A stretch of DNA of 64,000 nt from Betaproteobacteria bacterium. GTDB taxonomy: Bacteria > Pseudomonadota > Gammaproteobacteria > Burkholderiales > SG8-41. Of the stretch, positions 10,124 through 20,382 are shown one piece after another (positions within the stretch are counted from its first letter, which is position 1; each line of letters starts with the position of its first letter). The notes below the pieces were generated by a model, which saw only the letters and a program-made list of their open reading frames with translations, was not told the origin of the DNA and searched no databases. The position numbers were made by a program, and so were the translations under genes. Location: positions 20,902 through 84,901 of the forward strand of contig OMIN01000060.1 in the NCBI GenBank assembly GCA_900299145.1, in the 5' to 3' direction.

Positions 10124-10210
10124 GGTTCGTTCAGGGTAACACTGGCGCTCGCATGCAAGGAAACTACTTGCCTAGGCTTGGGGACAAACAGCCTTTACCT
10201 TAAGACATCA

Positions 10211-10240
10211 CGTAACTATTTGAATTATAACATTTATTTA
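10211..10240 (+). repeat. AT-rich intergenic repeat, degenerate copy
   Basis: CGTAACTATTTGAATTATAACATTTATTTA, between the dctM stop and the kinase gene start. Confidence 0.4.
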
Positions 10241-11548
10241 TGAAGGCTTTCTTATCAGCACTTCCGGTAGCCAAGTCACCAGAGCAGGGAACACGGTAAT
10301 CAGCGCAATTGCGATCAGCATCATCGCAAAAAATGGAATCGACGCGCGCGCGACATACGTACTGTCCTTGCCACTCATGGTTTGCAGCACAAATAGATTA
10401 AACCCCAGCGGCGGCGTCACCTCGGCAATTTCCACCAGCAACACGATGAATATGCCAAACCACACCAGATCGAAGCCCGCTTTCTCAATCATCGGAATCA
10501 CGATGGAAGTCGTCAGCACGATCATCGACACGCCATCGAGCGCCGTGCCCAGCACGACATAAATCGCCGCCAGCACCGCGATCAACATGTACGGGTTCGG
10601 ATTCATTGCCGCCACCCACTCCGCCAGCGCTTTCGGGATGCCGGTAAACGCCATGCACGAAGACAGAAACGCCGCGCCACCGAGGATGAATAAAATCATG
10701 CACGACAAACGCGTCGCGCCCATCAAACTGTCGCGAAACGAAACCCAGTTTAGGCCGCCGCTCACCGCTGCAATCACAAACGCACCCAGCACGCCAAACG
10801 CCGCCGCCTCAGTCGCTGTCGCCCAGCCTGCCGCCATCACCCACACAACAAAAATTATCAGCAACACACACGGGATGAGATTGCGGCTCAAATAGAGTTT
10901 TTGCCGGAATGTATAAGTATTTGATTCTACTGGTGTTTTTCCAGGATTCATCAACGCCCACACGATGATATATCCGGAGAACAACAGCATCAGCAATACG
11001 CCGGGAATAATCCCCGCGATAAACACCTTGAGGATCGACACTTCAGCTGCCACCGCGTACACCACCATGATGATCGACGGCGGCAGCAGAATGCCCAGCG
11101 TGCCCGCGCCGCACAGTGAGCCCAGACACGTTTTTTCGTCATAGCCGCGCGCCTTCAGTTCCGGCAGCGCCACCTTGGCGATGGTCGCGCAGGTTGCCGC
11201 CGATGACCCCGACACCGTGCCAAAAATCCCGCAGGCCAGCACGTTCACGTGCATCAGCCGGCCCGGCAGCCAGCCGAGCCACGGTGCGAGGCCCTTGAAC
11301 ATTTCCTCCGACAACCTGGTGCGATAGAGAATCTCACCCATCCAGATGAAGAGCGGCAACGCCGCCAGCGTCCATGACGCGCTCGAACCCCAGAACGACT
11401 GAAACAGATTCACATCCGGCGGCGTATTGGTAAAAAACTGCAAGCCCGCCCACGCCACCGCCGCCAGCGCCAGCGCGATCCACAGCCCGCCGAACAGCAG
11501 CACTAGCAACAGCGCCAGCAGGACGCAGGCAATGGCAAGCGTGCTCAC
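10238..11548 (-). CDS. dctM: TRAP transporter large permease subunit
   Basis: 436-aa polytopic membrane protein with typical DctM length and sequence character. Its start overlaps the stop of the upstream small permease gene by 4 nt. Confidence 0.9.
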   Translation of the reverse strand: MSTLAIACVLLALLLVLLFGGLWIALALAAVAWAGLQFFTNTPPDVNLFQSFWGSSASWTLAALPLFIWMGEILYRTRLSEEMFKGLAPWLGWLPGRLMHVNVLACGIFGTVSGSSAATCATIAKVALPELKARGYDEKTCLGSLCGAGTLGILLPPSIIMVVYAVAAEVSILKVFIAGIIPGVLLMLLFSGYIIVWALMNPGKTPVESNTYTFRQKLYLSRNLIPCVLLIIFVVWVMAAGWATATEAAAFGVLGAFVIAAVSGGLNWVSFRDSLMGATRLSCMILFILGGAAFLSSCMAFTGIPKALAEWVAAMNPNPYMLIAVLAAIYVVLGTALDGVSMIVLTTSIVIPMIEKAGFDLVWFGIFIVLLVEIAEVTPPLGFNLFVLQTMSGKDSTYVARASIPFFAMMLIAIALITVFPALVTWLPEVLIRKPS

Positions 11549-12078
11549 AACATCTCCGAAAAATCACCGGACTGGCGGCGCGCGTCCTCGGCCGCCTGAT
11601 ACGCCGGCATGCCGCCGCGCAACACGGTGACCAGCTCGTCCAATACCGCAATCAGCAAAATCACGATACCCAGCGCCACCGCTGATTGCGGTATCCAGAT
11701 CGGAATCTTTATCAGGCCCTGTGCCACTTCGTTGAATTTCCAGCTTTCGTACACGAAGCGCACGATGGCCCAGCTCATGTAACCGGTGCATAGCGTGGCG
11801 AGCAGCAACGCTATGATTTCCGCGCGGCGCCGCGCCGCCTCGCCCAGCCGCTCAACCCACAGCCCGACGCGAATCAGTTCGCCCCGGCGAAAGGTGTGCG
11901 CCAGCGCCAGAAACGCGCTCGCCGCGCACAACCACGCCGAGATGTCATCCGCACCGCGTATGAGAATGCCGGCCTCTCGCGCGGCAGCCTGCGCCAGCAT
12001 CAACACACAGATGCTGCCCAGACACACCGCCGCGGCCACGCCGCTGGCGGCGTAGAGTCTGTTTAGCAACAAACGCAT
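11545..12078 (-). CDS. dctQ: TRAP transporter small permease subunit
   Basis: 177-aa protein with four predicted TM segments, lying between the TRAP receptor and large permease genes. Confidence 0.8.
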   Translation of the reverse strand: MRLLLNRLYAASGVAAAVCLGSICVLMLAQAAAREAGILIRGADDISAWLCAASAFLALAHTFRRGELIRVGLWVERLGEAARRRAEIIALLLATLCTGYMSWAIVRFVYESWKFNEVAQGLIKIPIWIPQSAVALGIVILLIAVLDELVTVLRGGMPAYQAAEDARRQSGDFSEML

Positions 12079-12133
12079 TCGGGATATGCTAGAGACGTGC
12101 GGGTAATGTGTGTAACCGTGAAATTAAGTGAAT

Positions 12134-12216
12134 GGTGAACAGTAAACCGTAAACAGTAACCCCAGCCGGTGGCATGCCGCAGAATGCGGTTCACAGTTCA
12201 CTGTTTACGGTTCACC
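12134..12216. repeat. Inverted arrays of tandem heptamers (GGTGAAC AGTAAAC CGTAAAC AGTAACC ... GGTTCAC AGTTCAC TGTTTAC GGTTCAC) between the TRAP receptor and permease genes
   Basis: Left arm 12134-12161 and right arm 12188-12216. A 13-bp perfect core, AACCGTAAACAGT / ACTGTTTACGGTT, sits within a longer imperfect hairpin. The loop contains the palindrome GGCATGCC. Confidence 0.7.
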
Positions 12217-12257
12217 CCAATCCGGCCGCGTGTATCGTTTCATGCTTTACGCAGCCC

Positions 12258-13238
12258 TCACCGCCCCCGATACGCTCTGATCATCGCCTCGCCATCCGCG
12301 CCGGCGGATTTTTGCCATTCGGCCAGTATGGTCGCGCCGACTTTCTCGAACGCAGCCTTCATCGCGGAATCGGGGGGCGTCACATTCATGCCATTTTTCG
12401 CCAGCAGCGCGTTGGCCTCGGCTTCACGCTGGCGCGAAAGCTCCCAGCCGCGCTTTTCCGCTTCTGCCGCCGCTTCGAGCAAGGCTTTCTTCTGCGTGTC
12501 GCTTAACCGCTGAAAGGCGCGTTCGTTGACCGCCACCATGTTTTTCGGATGAAACGCGTTGGTGGTGTAGTAATTCTTGACGAACTCCCATGCCTTGGTG
12601 GACGTGCCGGTGGCCGACGAGGTAATCATCGCGTGCACCGTGCCGGTGGCGAACGCCTGCGGCACTTCAGGTACCTGAATCACGGTCGGGCTAGCACCGA
12701 GCAGTTCCGCCAGCCGCGCGGTCTGCGGGCTGTAGGTGCGGAATTTGACGCCCTTCAAGTCGGCAACGGACTTCAGCACATTCTTGGTGTAAATGCCCTG
12801 CCCCGGCCACGCCACGGCATACAGCAGCCGCACGCCGCGGCCCTGCAATTTCTTCTCCAGATACGGCTTTTGCGCCTGATAGAACTTCCACGCGTTGTCG
12901 TAGCCGGTGGCGACAAACGGCACGTTGTCCGCCGCAAATACCGGGTCTTCGTTGCCGAACTGGCCGAGTAGCAACTCCACCACATTGACCTGCCCGGTGG
13001 ACACCGCACGCAGCATGTCCGGATGCTTGATCAGCGAGCCGTTACTGTGCACGTTAATATCAAGCTGGTTATTTGTGGCCTTGCGCACGTCCGCCGCGAA
13101 CAGCTTGACGTTGACCGTATGAAACTCGCCGTCGCTATACGGCGTGGGCATGTCCCATTTGGTGGTTTGCGCGTGGACCGCGAGCGGCAGAACCGCCATC
13201 GCCGCGATCATCAGGCTTTTTGCTACGGCCAGTTTCAT
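12258..13238 (-). CDS. dctP: TRAP transporter substrate-binding protein (DctP family)
   Basis: Start set at the ATG at 13238, preceded by GAGGAG. It gives the signal peptide MKLAVAKSLMIAAMAVLPLAVHAQ. DctP-like sequence and TRAP operon context. Confidence 0.85.
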   Translation of the reverse strand: MKLAVAKSLMIAAMAVLPLAVHAQTTKWDMPTPYSDGEFHTVNVKLFAADVRKATNNQLDINVHSNGSLIKHPDMLRAVSTGQVNVVELLLGQFGNEDPVFAADNVPFVATGYDNAWKFYQAQKPYLEKKLQGRGVRLLYAVAWPGQGIYTKNVLKSVADLKGVKFRTYSPQTARLAELLGASPTVIQVPEVPQAFATGTVHAMITSSATGTSTKAWEFVKNYYTTNAFHPKNMVAVNERAFQRLSDTQKKALLEAAAEAEKRGWELSRQREAEANALLAKNGMNVTPPDSAMKAAFEKVGATILAEWQKSAGADGEAMIRAYRGR

Positions 13239-13450
13239 GACATCTCCTCGTGCAGATATTAGGGTTGCAGCGGCGGATGGTAGCACTCCCGCAAGCGTCG
13301 TGTACGCGTGCCCGGCACGGTCATTTTCCGCCGGCGGGGGCGTTTGACGTCAAGGCGGGAGGCGGCTACATTGCCCGGCACAAGCGCGCACGGGCGCACT
13401 CACAAAAGCGCGACAATGACAACGCAAGCATCCGATGAACGGGAGCCGGC

Positions 13451-13882
13451 ATGGCAGCAGAAAAACTGACTAAGGAAAGCATGGAACTGCGGCTGGCAGT
13501 GGGGCCGTTCAACCGCTGGCTCGGCTTTGAAGTCATGAAACTCGGCGACGGCGAACTGGAGCTCAAGGCCAGCTGGCGCGAGGATTGGGTGCTGCACGCC
13601 GTGCGCGGCCACACGCATAGCGGCATACTCGCCGCCATTGTCGATGTCGCCGCCGACTATGTCATCGCCGCCGAACTCGGCGACCATGTGCCGACGATCG
13701 ACTTACGCGTCGATTTCCACAAACCCGCAATGCGAGGTGACCTCACCGCCAAATCGAAAATCGTGCGGCTTGGGTCGAACTACTCCACTGCCGAGGCTTA
13801 TGTGTATGACAAAGAGGGTGGGCTAGTTGCTAGTGGACGCGGCACTTATTTCACTGCGGCGGTGCGACGGCAAGTGGGGTAA
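13451..13882 (+). CDS. PaaI-family hotdog-fold thioesterase
   Basis: 143 aa with a typical PaaI/DUF4442-like pattern (PFNRWLGFEV, GHTHSGILAAIVDVA, TIDLRVDFHKP, GRGTYF). Confidence 0.8.
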   Translation: MAAEKLTKESMELRLAVGPFNRWLGFEVMKLGDGELELKASWREDWVLHAVRGHTHSGILAAIVDVAADYVIAAELGDHVPTIDLRVDFHKPAMRGDLTAKSKIVRLGSNYSTAEAYVYDKEGGLVASGRGTYFTAAVRRQVG

Positions 13883-14077
13883 GCAGCAGATTTTCTTGTA
13901 AGCGTTGAGATTTGTTCTGGCAGGTGGTGTCAGATCATACTTACGGCGGTTAGCTTGCAGCGACGAGCAGAAACAGCAGTTTTCACGGTCTTCTGGAAGA
14001 AAGACGGCCTTGCCGGGCAGCAACACTTTTTCGCTTTTCGTTCCAGTTTTATCCGTATCAAAAATGCGACCATTTTT

Positions 14078-14113
14078 AATGACTATCTGATTTTATTGTA
14101 TTTTTTTATTTTA
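14078..14113 (+). repeat. AT-rich intergenic repeat
   Basis: AATGACTATCTGATTTTATTGTATTTTTTTATTTTA. Confidence 0.65.
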
Positions 14114-14172
14114 ATAGGATTGTTACCCTGTGCGCTGGAGTGTTAACCGGCGTTTTTGTCGTATAAGCCAAG

Positions 14173-14646
14173 TTGGGCATTCGCATGACATACGACCTTC
14201 GTTCAGTTTTGCCGGTGTTAATCCCAAAGGCCATAGCATGGGCAGAGGCTCAAAGCTTCTCGATTGGCCAAGTCGGCCAACCCCTGAACGACACCCCACT
14301 TGCAGTGGCACGAAGTGTCGGGGTAATGCGCCCCGAGCTTATTCGCGTAGCCGAAATTCCCCGACTTCCATTCCCCGGGGATCCCGAGTTGCAGCAGGCC
14401 GCCCTTGCAACCGGGCTTCTAGGGCCAGACATGGTTGGCATGACCTTTGGCTACGGCATCTACATATGTCGTGGGCACTGCACTATTAGACTCTTATCCC
14501 ACGAGTTTCGGCATGTTTTTCAGTATGAGCAGGCTGGTTCAATAGAGGCGTTTCTCCCAACTTACCTTCAGCAAATTGTTACTGTCGGGTACCGCAATGC
14601 TCCATTTGAAATTGATGCCCGCGCCCATGAAAGGCAGCACGCCTAA
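14173..14646 (+). CDS. Hypothetical protein with an HExxH zinc-peptidase-like motif
   Basis: 157-aa ORF containing SHEFRHVFQYEQ. Visibly lower GC than its neighbours and flanked by AT-rich non-coding DNA. The true start may be the ATG at 14185. No family recognised. Confidence 0.5.
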   Translation: MGIRMTYDLRSVLPVLIPKAIAWAEAQSFSIGQVGQPLNDTPLAVARSVGVMRPELIRVAEIPRLPFPGDPELQQAALATGLLGPDMVGMTFGYGIYICRGHCTIRLLSHEFRHVFQYEQAGSIEAFLPTYLQQIVTVGYRNAPFEIDARAHERQHA

Positions 14647-14837
14647 CATTGCGCCCCCCCTTACCCTTACGTCACCGGACGCTGCACGATAAAACCGCAC
14701 ATCGCCGGTTCACTCCATGTTAGCTAGCAAGGGTGGGCGCGACTGTTGCGCCTACGCGCTGCGACGCGATCCTAATGTTTCAGCCTTTCACTCAATACCA
14801 ACGCCTGCAATAGCTTTACAGAGTAGCGTCATGTATT

Positions 14838-16676
14838 TCAGTGCAACTCCTGATAAATCTTCTCCGCCAGCGCGCGGCTGACCCCCTCGATCTGCGCCAG
14901 TTCATCGACGCTTGCTGCCTGTAAACCTCGCAGTCCGCCAAAATGCGCCAGCAGCCGCTGCCGCCGCTTGGCGCCGACGCCGGTAATGTTTTCCAGCGGC
15001 GATTGCGAACGCGCCTTGCCGCGCCGGGCGCGGTGGCCGGTGATGGCGAAGCGGTGCGCTTCGTCGCGGATTTGCTGGACAAGGTGCAGGCCGGGGTGTT
15101 CCGGCCCCAGCAGATACGGTTCTTCGCGGCCCGGCACCCATAGCGCTTCGAGCCCCGCCTTGCGGTCTTCGCCCTTGGCCACGCCGACCAGCGTGACTTC
15201 GCTGACGCCCAATTCATCCATCACCTCTCGCGCAATGCCGAGCTGGCCCTTGCCGCCGTCGATCAGCACCACGTCGGGCATTTTGCCTTCACCGGTGACC
15301 AAACGTCGGTAACGCCGCTGCAAGACTTCGCGCATCGCGCCGTAGTCGTCGCCCGCCACTGGCGTGGTGATGTTAAAGCGCCGGTAATCGCTTTTTTGCA
15401 TGCCGGATTGGTCATACACCACGCACGAGGCCACCGTGGCTTCACCCATGGTGTGGCTGATGTCGAAGCACTCGAAACGCTGTGCGGTATCGGGCAGGTT
15501 AAGCGCCTGCTGCAACGCCGCCAGCCGCGCTTCCTGATTCGCTTGCAGGCTGGCGGTGTGCGCCGCGCCAATACCGGCATTTTTCTCCGCCATTTCCAGC
15601 CACACACGGCGCGGGCCGGTGGGGCGCGTAACGATTTGCACCTTGTGCCCCGCGTGTTCGGCAAGCAGCGCCGCCAGCGCGTCTGCATCCGCCACCTGCC
15701 GCGCCAGTATCAACGGCGGCACGCTGTGATGCTGGTAGTGCTGGCTGATAAACGCCTCGACAACCTGCTCGTCGTCGACGGCATCGCCTGCGTACACGTG
15801 GCGCGGAAAATGATTGTGATCGCCCAGATGCCGCCCGCCGCGAATCATCACCAGATTGACGCACGCCACGTTACCCGCGCGCGCGCAGGCGATCACATCG
15901 GCATCGCGGCCGGTGACGTCCTCCACGTACTGCTTTTCGCGCACCGCGCGCAGCGCCGACACCTGATCGCGATGCAGCGCCGCTTCTTCGTAGGCCTGCG
16001 CCTCCGAGGCTGCCTGCATGCGGGCGATCAGATTGCCGATCACCTCGTCTTCCTTGCCCGACAGGAACAGCGTAGCGCTGCGCACGTCCTGCGCGTAGTC
16101 TTCGGTGCTGACCTGGCCCACGCACGGCGCGGTGCAGCGGCGTATCTGGTGCATCAGGCACGGCCGCGAACGGTTGCTGAACACCGAATCCTCGCAGTTG
16201 CGGATGCGAAACACTTTTTGCAGCAACTGGATGCTCTCGCGCACCGCGCCCGCACCGGGAAAGGGGCCATAGTACTGATGGCGTTTGTCCAGCGCACCGC
16301 GATGAAACCCCAGCCGCGGGAATTCGTGGCCGCTAATCATCAGATACGGATACGATTTATCGTCGCGGAATAGAATGTTGTAGCGCGGCGCGAGCGATTT
16401 GATGAGATTGTTTTCCAGCAGCAGCGCTTCGCTTTCCGAGCGCGTGACGGTGGTTTCCACATTCGCCACCTGCGCCACCATCAACTGGATGCGCGGCGAC
16501 AGTGCTGCCGTCTTCTGAAAGTACGACGAAACACGCTTTTTCAGATCAATCGCCTTGCCCACGTACAGCACGTCGCCGGTGGCATTGACCATGCGATACA
16601 CGCCCGGCAAATGCGGCAGATCCGCCAGCTTCGCCGCCAGCGCTTCAGCCATCGAGCGGGTATCGGCCTCGCCCAT
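14838..16676 (-). CDS. uvrC: Excinuclease ABC subunit C
   Basis: 612 aa with an N-terminal GIY-YIG module ([19 protein letters not shown]), a UvrBC domain and C-terminal HhH motifs. Confidence 0.95.
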   Translation of the reverse strand: MGEADTRSMAEALAAKLADLPHLPGVYRMVNATGDVLYVGKAIDLKKRVSSYFQKTAALSPRIQLMVAQVANVETTVTRSESEALLLENNLIKSLAPRYNILFRDDKSYPYLMISGHEFPRLGFHRGALDKRHQYYGPFPGAGAVRESIQLLQKVFRIRNCEDSVFSNRSRPCLMHQIRRCTAPCVGQVSTEDYAQDVRSATLFLSGKEDEVIGNLIARMQAASEAQAYEEAALHRDQVSALRAVREKQYVEDVTGRDADVIACARAGNVACVNLVMIRGGRHLGDHNHFPRHVYAGDAVDDEQVVEAFISQHYQHHSVPPLILARQVADADALAALLAEHAGHKVQIVTRPTGPRRVWLEMAEKNAGIGAAHTASLQANQEARLAALQQALNLPDTAQRFECFDISHTMGEATVASCVVYDQSGMQKSDYRRFNITTPVAGDDYGAMREVLQRRYRRLVTGEGKMPDVVLIDGGKGQLGIAREVMDELGVSEVTLVGVAKGEDRKAGLEALWVPGREEPYLLGPEHPGLHLVQQIRDEAHRFAITGHRARRGKARSQSPLENITGVGAKRRQRLLAHFGGLRGLQAASVDELAQIEGVSRALAEKIYQELH

Positions 16677-16687
16677 GCGCGCCGTGC

Positions 16688-17356
16688 CTAGCGAACGTGG
16701 CTCGCGATGGCAGCCACCACCGCGTCAAACATCTCCGGCGTCAACCGCTTGGTGGACGTGTTGTAGCGGCTGCAATGGTAGCTGTCGAACAGCGTTTGCC
16801 CGCCCGGCAACGCATGGCGCGCACCGTGGCTGAACGGAAAGGCGCTGACCTTGTGGCCCAGCGCGCGCAAAATCGCCTGATGCGACACCAGCCCCAACGC
16901 CAGCAGCGAAATCGCTTTCGGCAGCGCGAGAATTTCTGACTGCAGATAGCTGTTGCAGCGCTTCACTTCGTCCGGCAGCGGCTTGTTTTCGGGCGGCAGG
17001 CATTTCACTGCGTTGGTGATGCGGCAGTGCTTGAGCTTCAGGCCATCGTCCGGCTCGGCTCCTTCCGGCTGATTCGCAAACCCATGTTTATGCAAGGTCT
17101 TGTAAAGCAGGATGCCCGCGTAGTCGCCCGTAAACGGCCGTCCAGTGCGATTCGCGCCGTGCATGCCAGGCGCGAGACCCACGATCAGCAACTTCGGCGC
17201 GGCCACGCCAAACGGCAACACCGGACGCGCGTGATAATCCGGATGATCCTTGCGAACCTGGGCGAGAAACGCCGCAAGCCGAGTGCAGCGCGTGCACTTC
17301 AACAGCGCGGCATCGGCAGCGCCTTGCGCAGTATCAGGCAAACAAATCCCCTTCAC
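16688..17356 (-). CDS. Uracil-DNA glycosylase superfamily protein (family 4/5-like)
   Basis: Motifs [30 protein letters not shown] and HCSRYN. Start tentatively set at the GTG at 17356, because the longer track ORF overlaps nagZ extensively. Confidence 0.7.
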   Translation of the reverse strand: MKGICLPDTAQGAADAALLKCTRCTRLAAFLAQVRKDHPDYHARPVLPFGVAAPKLLIVGLAPGMHGANRTGRPFTGDYAGILLYKTLHKHGFANQPEGAEPDDGLKLKHCRITNAVKCLPPENKPLPDEVKRCNSYLQSEILALPKAISLLALGLVSHQAILRALGHKVSAFPFSHGARHALPGGQTLFDSYHCSRYNTSTKRLTPEMFDAVVAAIASHVR

Positions 17357-18419
17357 GCTTGCCGATAGCCTGCACCGCCGCCAGCGCGCGCTGGTATTCC
17401 GGCAACGCCTTGAGTTGTGCCATGTCGTGAACATTGCCGCGTCCGCGCATGCGTGCAAGCCGCGCCTGCCCGACAGCGGGCATGGTGTATTGCAAGCCCG
17501 CCAGCAGCTCATCGGCCGCGCCAGCGTCGTTGCACACCAGCACCATGTCGCAACCCGCCGTTAACGCGGCATTGGCACGCGCCACCACGCCACCTGCCCC
17601 CGCGCCTACCTTGGCGCCTTCCATCGACAGATCATCGCTGAAAATCACGCCGTCGAATTCAAGTTGCCCGCGCAGGATCCGCTTGAGCCACTTGGATGAA
17701 AACCCCGCCGGCTCAGCGTCGACTTGCGGATAAATCACGTGCGCGGGCATCACCGCACCGAGGCCGGAGCCGATCAGCCGCCGGAACGGAATCAGATCGC
17801 ATTGCTCGATATCCACGAACGATCGGTCATCCACCGGCACTTCGTGATGCGAGTCGGCGCGCACGTGCCCGTGCCCCGGGAAATGCTTTCCTACCGACGA
17901 CATGCCGCCCGACTGAAAGCCCTGCACCAGTGCCTGCGCCAGCGGCGCAATGATTTCCGGATCGGCGTGAAACGCGCGGTCGCCGATCACGCTGCTGCGT
18001 TTGTAATCAACGTCTAGTACCGGTGCGAACGTGAGGTCGACACCATGCGCGCGCAACTCGGTGGCAAGCACATAGCCGGTATCACGCGCCAGCGATTTTG
18101 CGGCAGCAGCATTTTTCTCCCAGGCTTTTCCCAATTCGCGCATCGCGGGTATGGCGGTAAAGCCGTCGCGAAAGCGCTGCACGCGCCCGCCTTCATGATC
18201 CACCGCGATCAGCAGGGCGGGGGTGCGCAGTGCATGTATCTCAGCGGTGAGTCGGGCAAGTTGCGCGGGCGATTCGAAATTGCGTGAAAACAGAATCACA
18301 CCGCCGGTGAGCGGATGCAGCAAACGCTGGCGGTCGGCCTCGGTGAGCGTAGTGCCAAGCACATCGAGCATCACGGGACCCAAGTGCAAGTCTTTGTTTT
18401 TATTCACCATTTTGTCCAA
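17334..18419 (-). CDS. nagZ: Beta-N-acetylhexosaminidase
   Basis: [33 protein letters not shown] and KHFPGHG motifs. The start is ambiguous: candidates are TTG 18419, ATG 18410, TTG 18383 and ATG 18371. Confidence 0.9.
   Translation of the reverse strand: MDKMVNKNKDLHLGPVMLDVLGTTLTEADRQRLLHPLTGGVILFSRNFESPAQLARLTAEIHALRTPALLIAVDHEGGRVQRFRDGFTAIPAMRELGKAWEKNAAAAKSLARDTGYVLATELRAHGVDLTFAPVLDVDYKRSSVIGDRAFHADPEIIAPLAQALVQGFQSGGMSSVGKHFPGHGHVRADSHHEVPVDDRSFVDIEQCDLIPFRRLIGSGLGAVMPAHVIYPQVDAEPAGFSSKWLKRILRGQLEFDGVIFSDDLSMEGAKVGAGAGGVVARANAALTAGCDMVLVCNDAGAADELLAGLQYTMPAVGQARLARMRGRGNVHDMAQLKALPEYQRALAAVQAIGKREGDLFA
18388..18415 (+). repeat. AT-rich repeat look-alike at the acpS-nagZ junction, overlapping the annotated nagZ start
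   Basis: AAGTCTTTGTTTTTATTCACCATTTTGT. On the minus strand it would encode KMVNKNKDL of the longest nagZ ORF. Confidence 0.45.
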
Positions 18420-18432
18420 TTATTTTATCAGC

Positions 18433-18810
18433 TCACTTTTCCAACACCGCGACGGCGACCGCCATGCTTTTTTCGTCGCTGATGGTCAGATGATGTCCGC
18501 GGATTTCATGCTGGTTCATCACCGCAGTCAGCGCATCACTCAACACATAATAGGGCTTGCCGGCACGGTTTTGCGCCACGCTGATGTTTTGCAGCGTCAC
18601 CGGATAGCGAAATCCAGTACCCATGGCCTTGGAAAACGCCTCCTTGGCAGCGAAGCGGTTGGCGATGAAAAACACCGGATTGCGTGTTTTCTCGTAGCCG
18701 GGCCACTCGACATCCGTCAGCACGCGGCGCGCGAATCGCTCGCCATATTCCTGCAACAGCCGTTCGATGCGCTGCGTTTCCACCAGATCAACGCCGATGC
18801 CGAAAATCAT
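18433..18810 (-). CDS. acpS: Holo-[acyl-carrier-protein] synthase
   Basis: 125 aa beginning MIFGIGVDLVETQRIE, typical of AcpS. Overlaps the pdxJ stop by 4 nt. Confidence 0.9.
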   Translation of the reverse strand: MIFGIGVDLVETQRIERLLQEYGERFARRVLTDVEWPGYEKTRNPVFFIANRFAAKEAFSKAMGTGFRYPVTLQNISVAQNRAGKPYYVLSDALTAVMNQHEIRGHHLTISDEKSMAVAVAVLEK

Positions 18811-19580
18811 GACTTACGTTCGCCTTGCTCAATCGCCGCGATATAAGCGTGCACAGCGGCAGCAAAACCCATTTTGAGCGCGTCCGCCGTAAGCGCGTGG
18901 CCGATGGAAACTTCCGCCACCGGCTTGCAGGCGGCAATCAGCGGCGTGAGATTGGGAATATTCAGATCGTGTCCGGCGTTGACCAGCAGGCCGGCTTCGC
19001 GCGCGGCTTGGGCTGAAGCTGCGAAGCGCGCGAGTACTTCGGCAATTTTGCCTGCTGCGTGCGCTGCCGCTGAGTTACATAACGCGTGCGCTGCCGCGTA
19101 GGGCTCTGTATAAAGCTCAATACAATCCGCCCCCACTTCTGCCGCCCGCTTCATCTGATCGGGCTCGGCGTCCATGAAAAGGCTCACCCGCACACCTAAC
19201 GCTTTCAATTCTGCGATGACTGGTTTTAGCCGCGCTGCGTCCTTCAACAGATCCCAGCCATGATCGGACGTGAACTGCCCCGGATCGTCTGGCACCAGCG
19301 TGCATTGGTGCGGGTGCACCTTGCGCGCGTATTCGAGGAGATTCTCAAAGGGGTTGCCTTCGATGTTGTATTCAATGCCGGGCCGTGACTTGATGAGTTC
19401 CGCCACTTCAAACACATCGTGCGGACGGATGTGGCGCTCATCCGGACGCGGGTGCACGGTCAATCCGCGCGCGCCGGCGTCGAGCGCAATCGCACCGAAT
19501 TCCGTCACGGCGGGTATGCCCAGCGTGCGCGAGTTGCGCAGCAAGGCCACTTTGTTCAGATTGACACTCAGGCGCGTCAT
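18807..19580 (-). CDS. pdxJ: Pyridoxine 5'-phosphate synthase
   Basis: 257 aa with LSVNLNKVALLRNSR, GLTVHPRPDERH and NIEGNP motifs. Confidence 0.95.
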   Translation of the reverse strand: MTRLSVNLNKVALLRNSRTLGIPAVTEFGAIALDAGARGLTVHPRPDERHIRPHDVFEVAELIKSRPGIEYNIEGNPFENLLEYARKVHPHQCTLVPDDPGQFTSDHGWDLLKDAARLKPVIAELKALGVRVSLFMDAEPDQMKRAAEVGADCIELYTEPYAAAHALCNSAAAHAAGKIAEVLARFAASAQAAREAGLLVNAGHDLNIPNLTPLIAACKPVAEVSIGHALTADALKMGFAAAVHAYIAAIEQGERKS

Positions 19581-19619
19581 CGCTTCAATCGCTTCAAACG
19601 GGCTTGGCAGGATTACAGA

Positions 19620-20348
19620 TCACAGATCATGCAGATCGATCAGCAACTGGCGGCTGTGCAGCGTCTGATGCCCCAGATAGTGCCCGATCAGATGCCGCAT
19701 CAGACTTTTGCTCTGCTGCTGCGTAACGGGCGAGGTGTAGTCGTCGGCGTGCATGTCGATCAGGGTTTGACCCAGCAATTCTAACCCGTTTTGTTGCGCG
19801 TCCGGGGGTGCGGGCACCGGGCCGCGGTCGATGATGTAGTGATAACGCCGATTCGGGTGCAAGGGGCGCGCGGCCTCCGCGTCGCGGTCAAGCATGAGGG
19901 CATAGCCCAGCTCGCCAAGCAGGCGTTTTTCAAATTGCCGAAGCACCACGGCCTGATCACCGCCGTCGAGCAGCGCCTGCAGCGTTTGTTCATAGGCATC
20001 GAACAGCGCGTCGTGCGCGTCGTCGCGGTGCAATAGTTTCAACAACAGCTCGTTCAAATAAAAGCCGCAGATCAGCGCACGGCCCGTCAGCAACCGGAAC
20101 GCGCCACGCCATTCCGCCGTGCGCAGCGTCTTCAGATCAGCGCGGCCCGACCAATCCAGGGTTAGCGCATGAAACGGCATCAGCGCGGCGCGCAGTGGCG
20201 AGTGCGGCCGCTTCGCGCCCTTGGCCACCATCGCCACGCGTCCGAATTCGCGCGTGAACACTTCAACGATCAGGCTGGTTTCCTGATACGGATAGCTGTG
20301 CAGCACGTAACCGGGCTGGTCCCTGTGCCGAATACTCTTGGCCGCCAT
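19620..20348 (-). CDS. recO: DNA repair protein RecO
   Basis: Start at the ATG at 20348, downstream of the era stop. The N-terminus PGYVLHSYPYQETSLIVEVFT is typical of RecO, and the era-recO-pdxJ synteny is conserved. Confidence 0.9.
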   Translation of the reverse strand: MAAKSIRHRDQPGYVLHSYPYQETSLIVEVFTREFGRVAMVAKGAKRPHSPLRAALMPFHALTLDWSGRADLKTLRTAEWRGAFRLLTGRALICGFYLNELLLKLLHRDDAHDALFDAYEQTLQALLDGGDQAVVLRQFEKRLLGELGYALMLDRDAEAARPLHPNRRYHYIIDRGPVPAPPDAQQNGLELLGQTLIDMHADDYTSPVTQQQSKSLMRHLIGHYLGHQTLHSRQLLIDLHDL

Positions 20349-20382
20349 GGCTGTTAAGTTGGAAAACCGGACTGATGTTGAT

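Noticed and set aside
13344-13353. Perfect 10-bp palindrome TTGACGTCAA in the dctP / thioesterase divergent region. A related TGACGTCA lies at 37973-37980.
   Set aside because: These are short palindromes that could arise by chance. No repeated context or partner regulator gene supports a call.
15396-16373. 325-aa plus-strand ORF inside uvrC
   Set aside because: It is antisense to a gene with unambiguous UvrC motifs. The translation is Arg/His/Ala-rich with no recognisable domain, typical of spurious antisense ORFs in GC-rich DNA.
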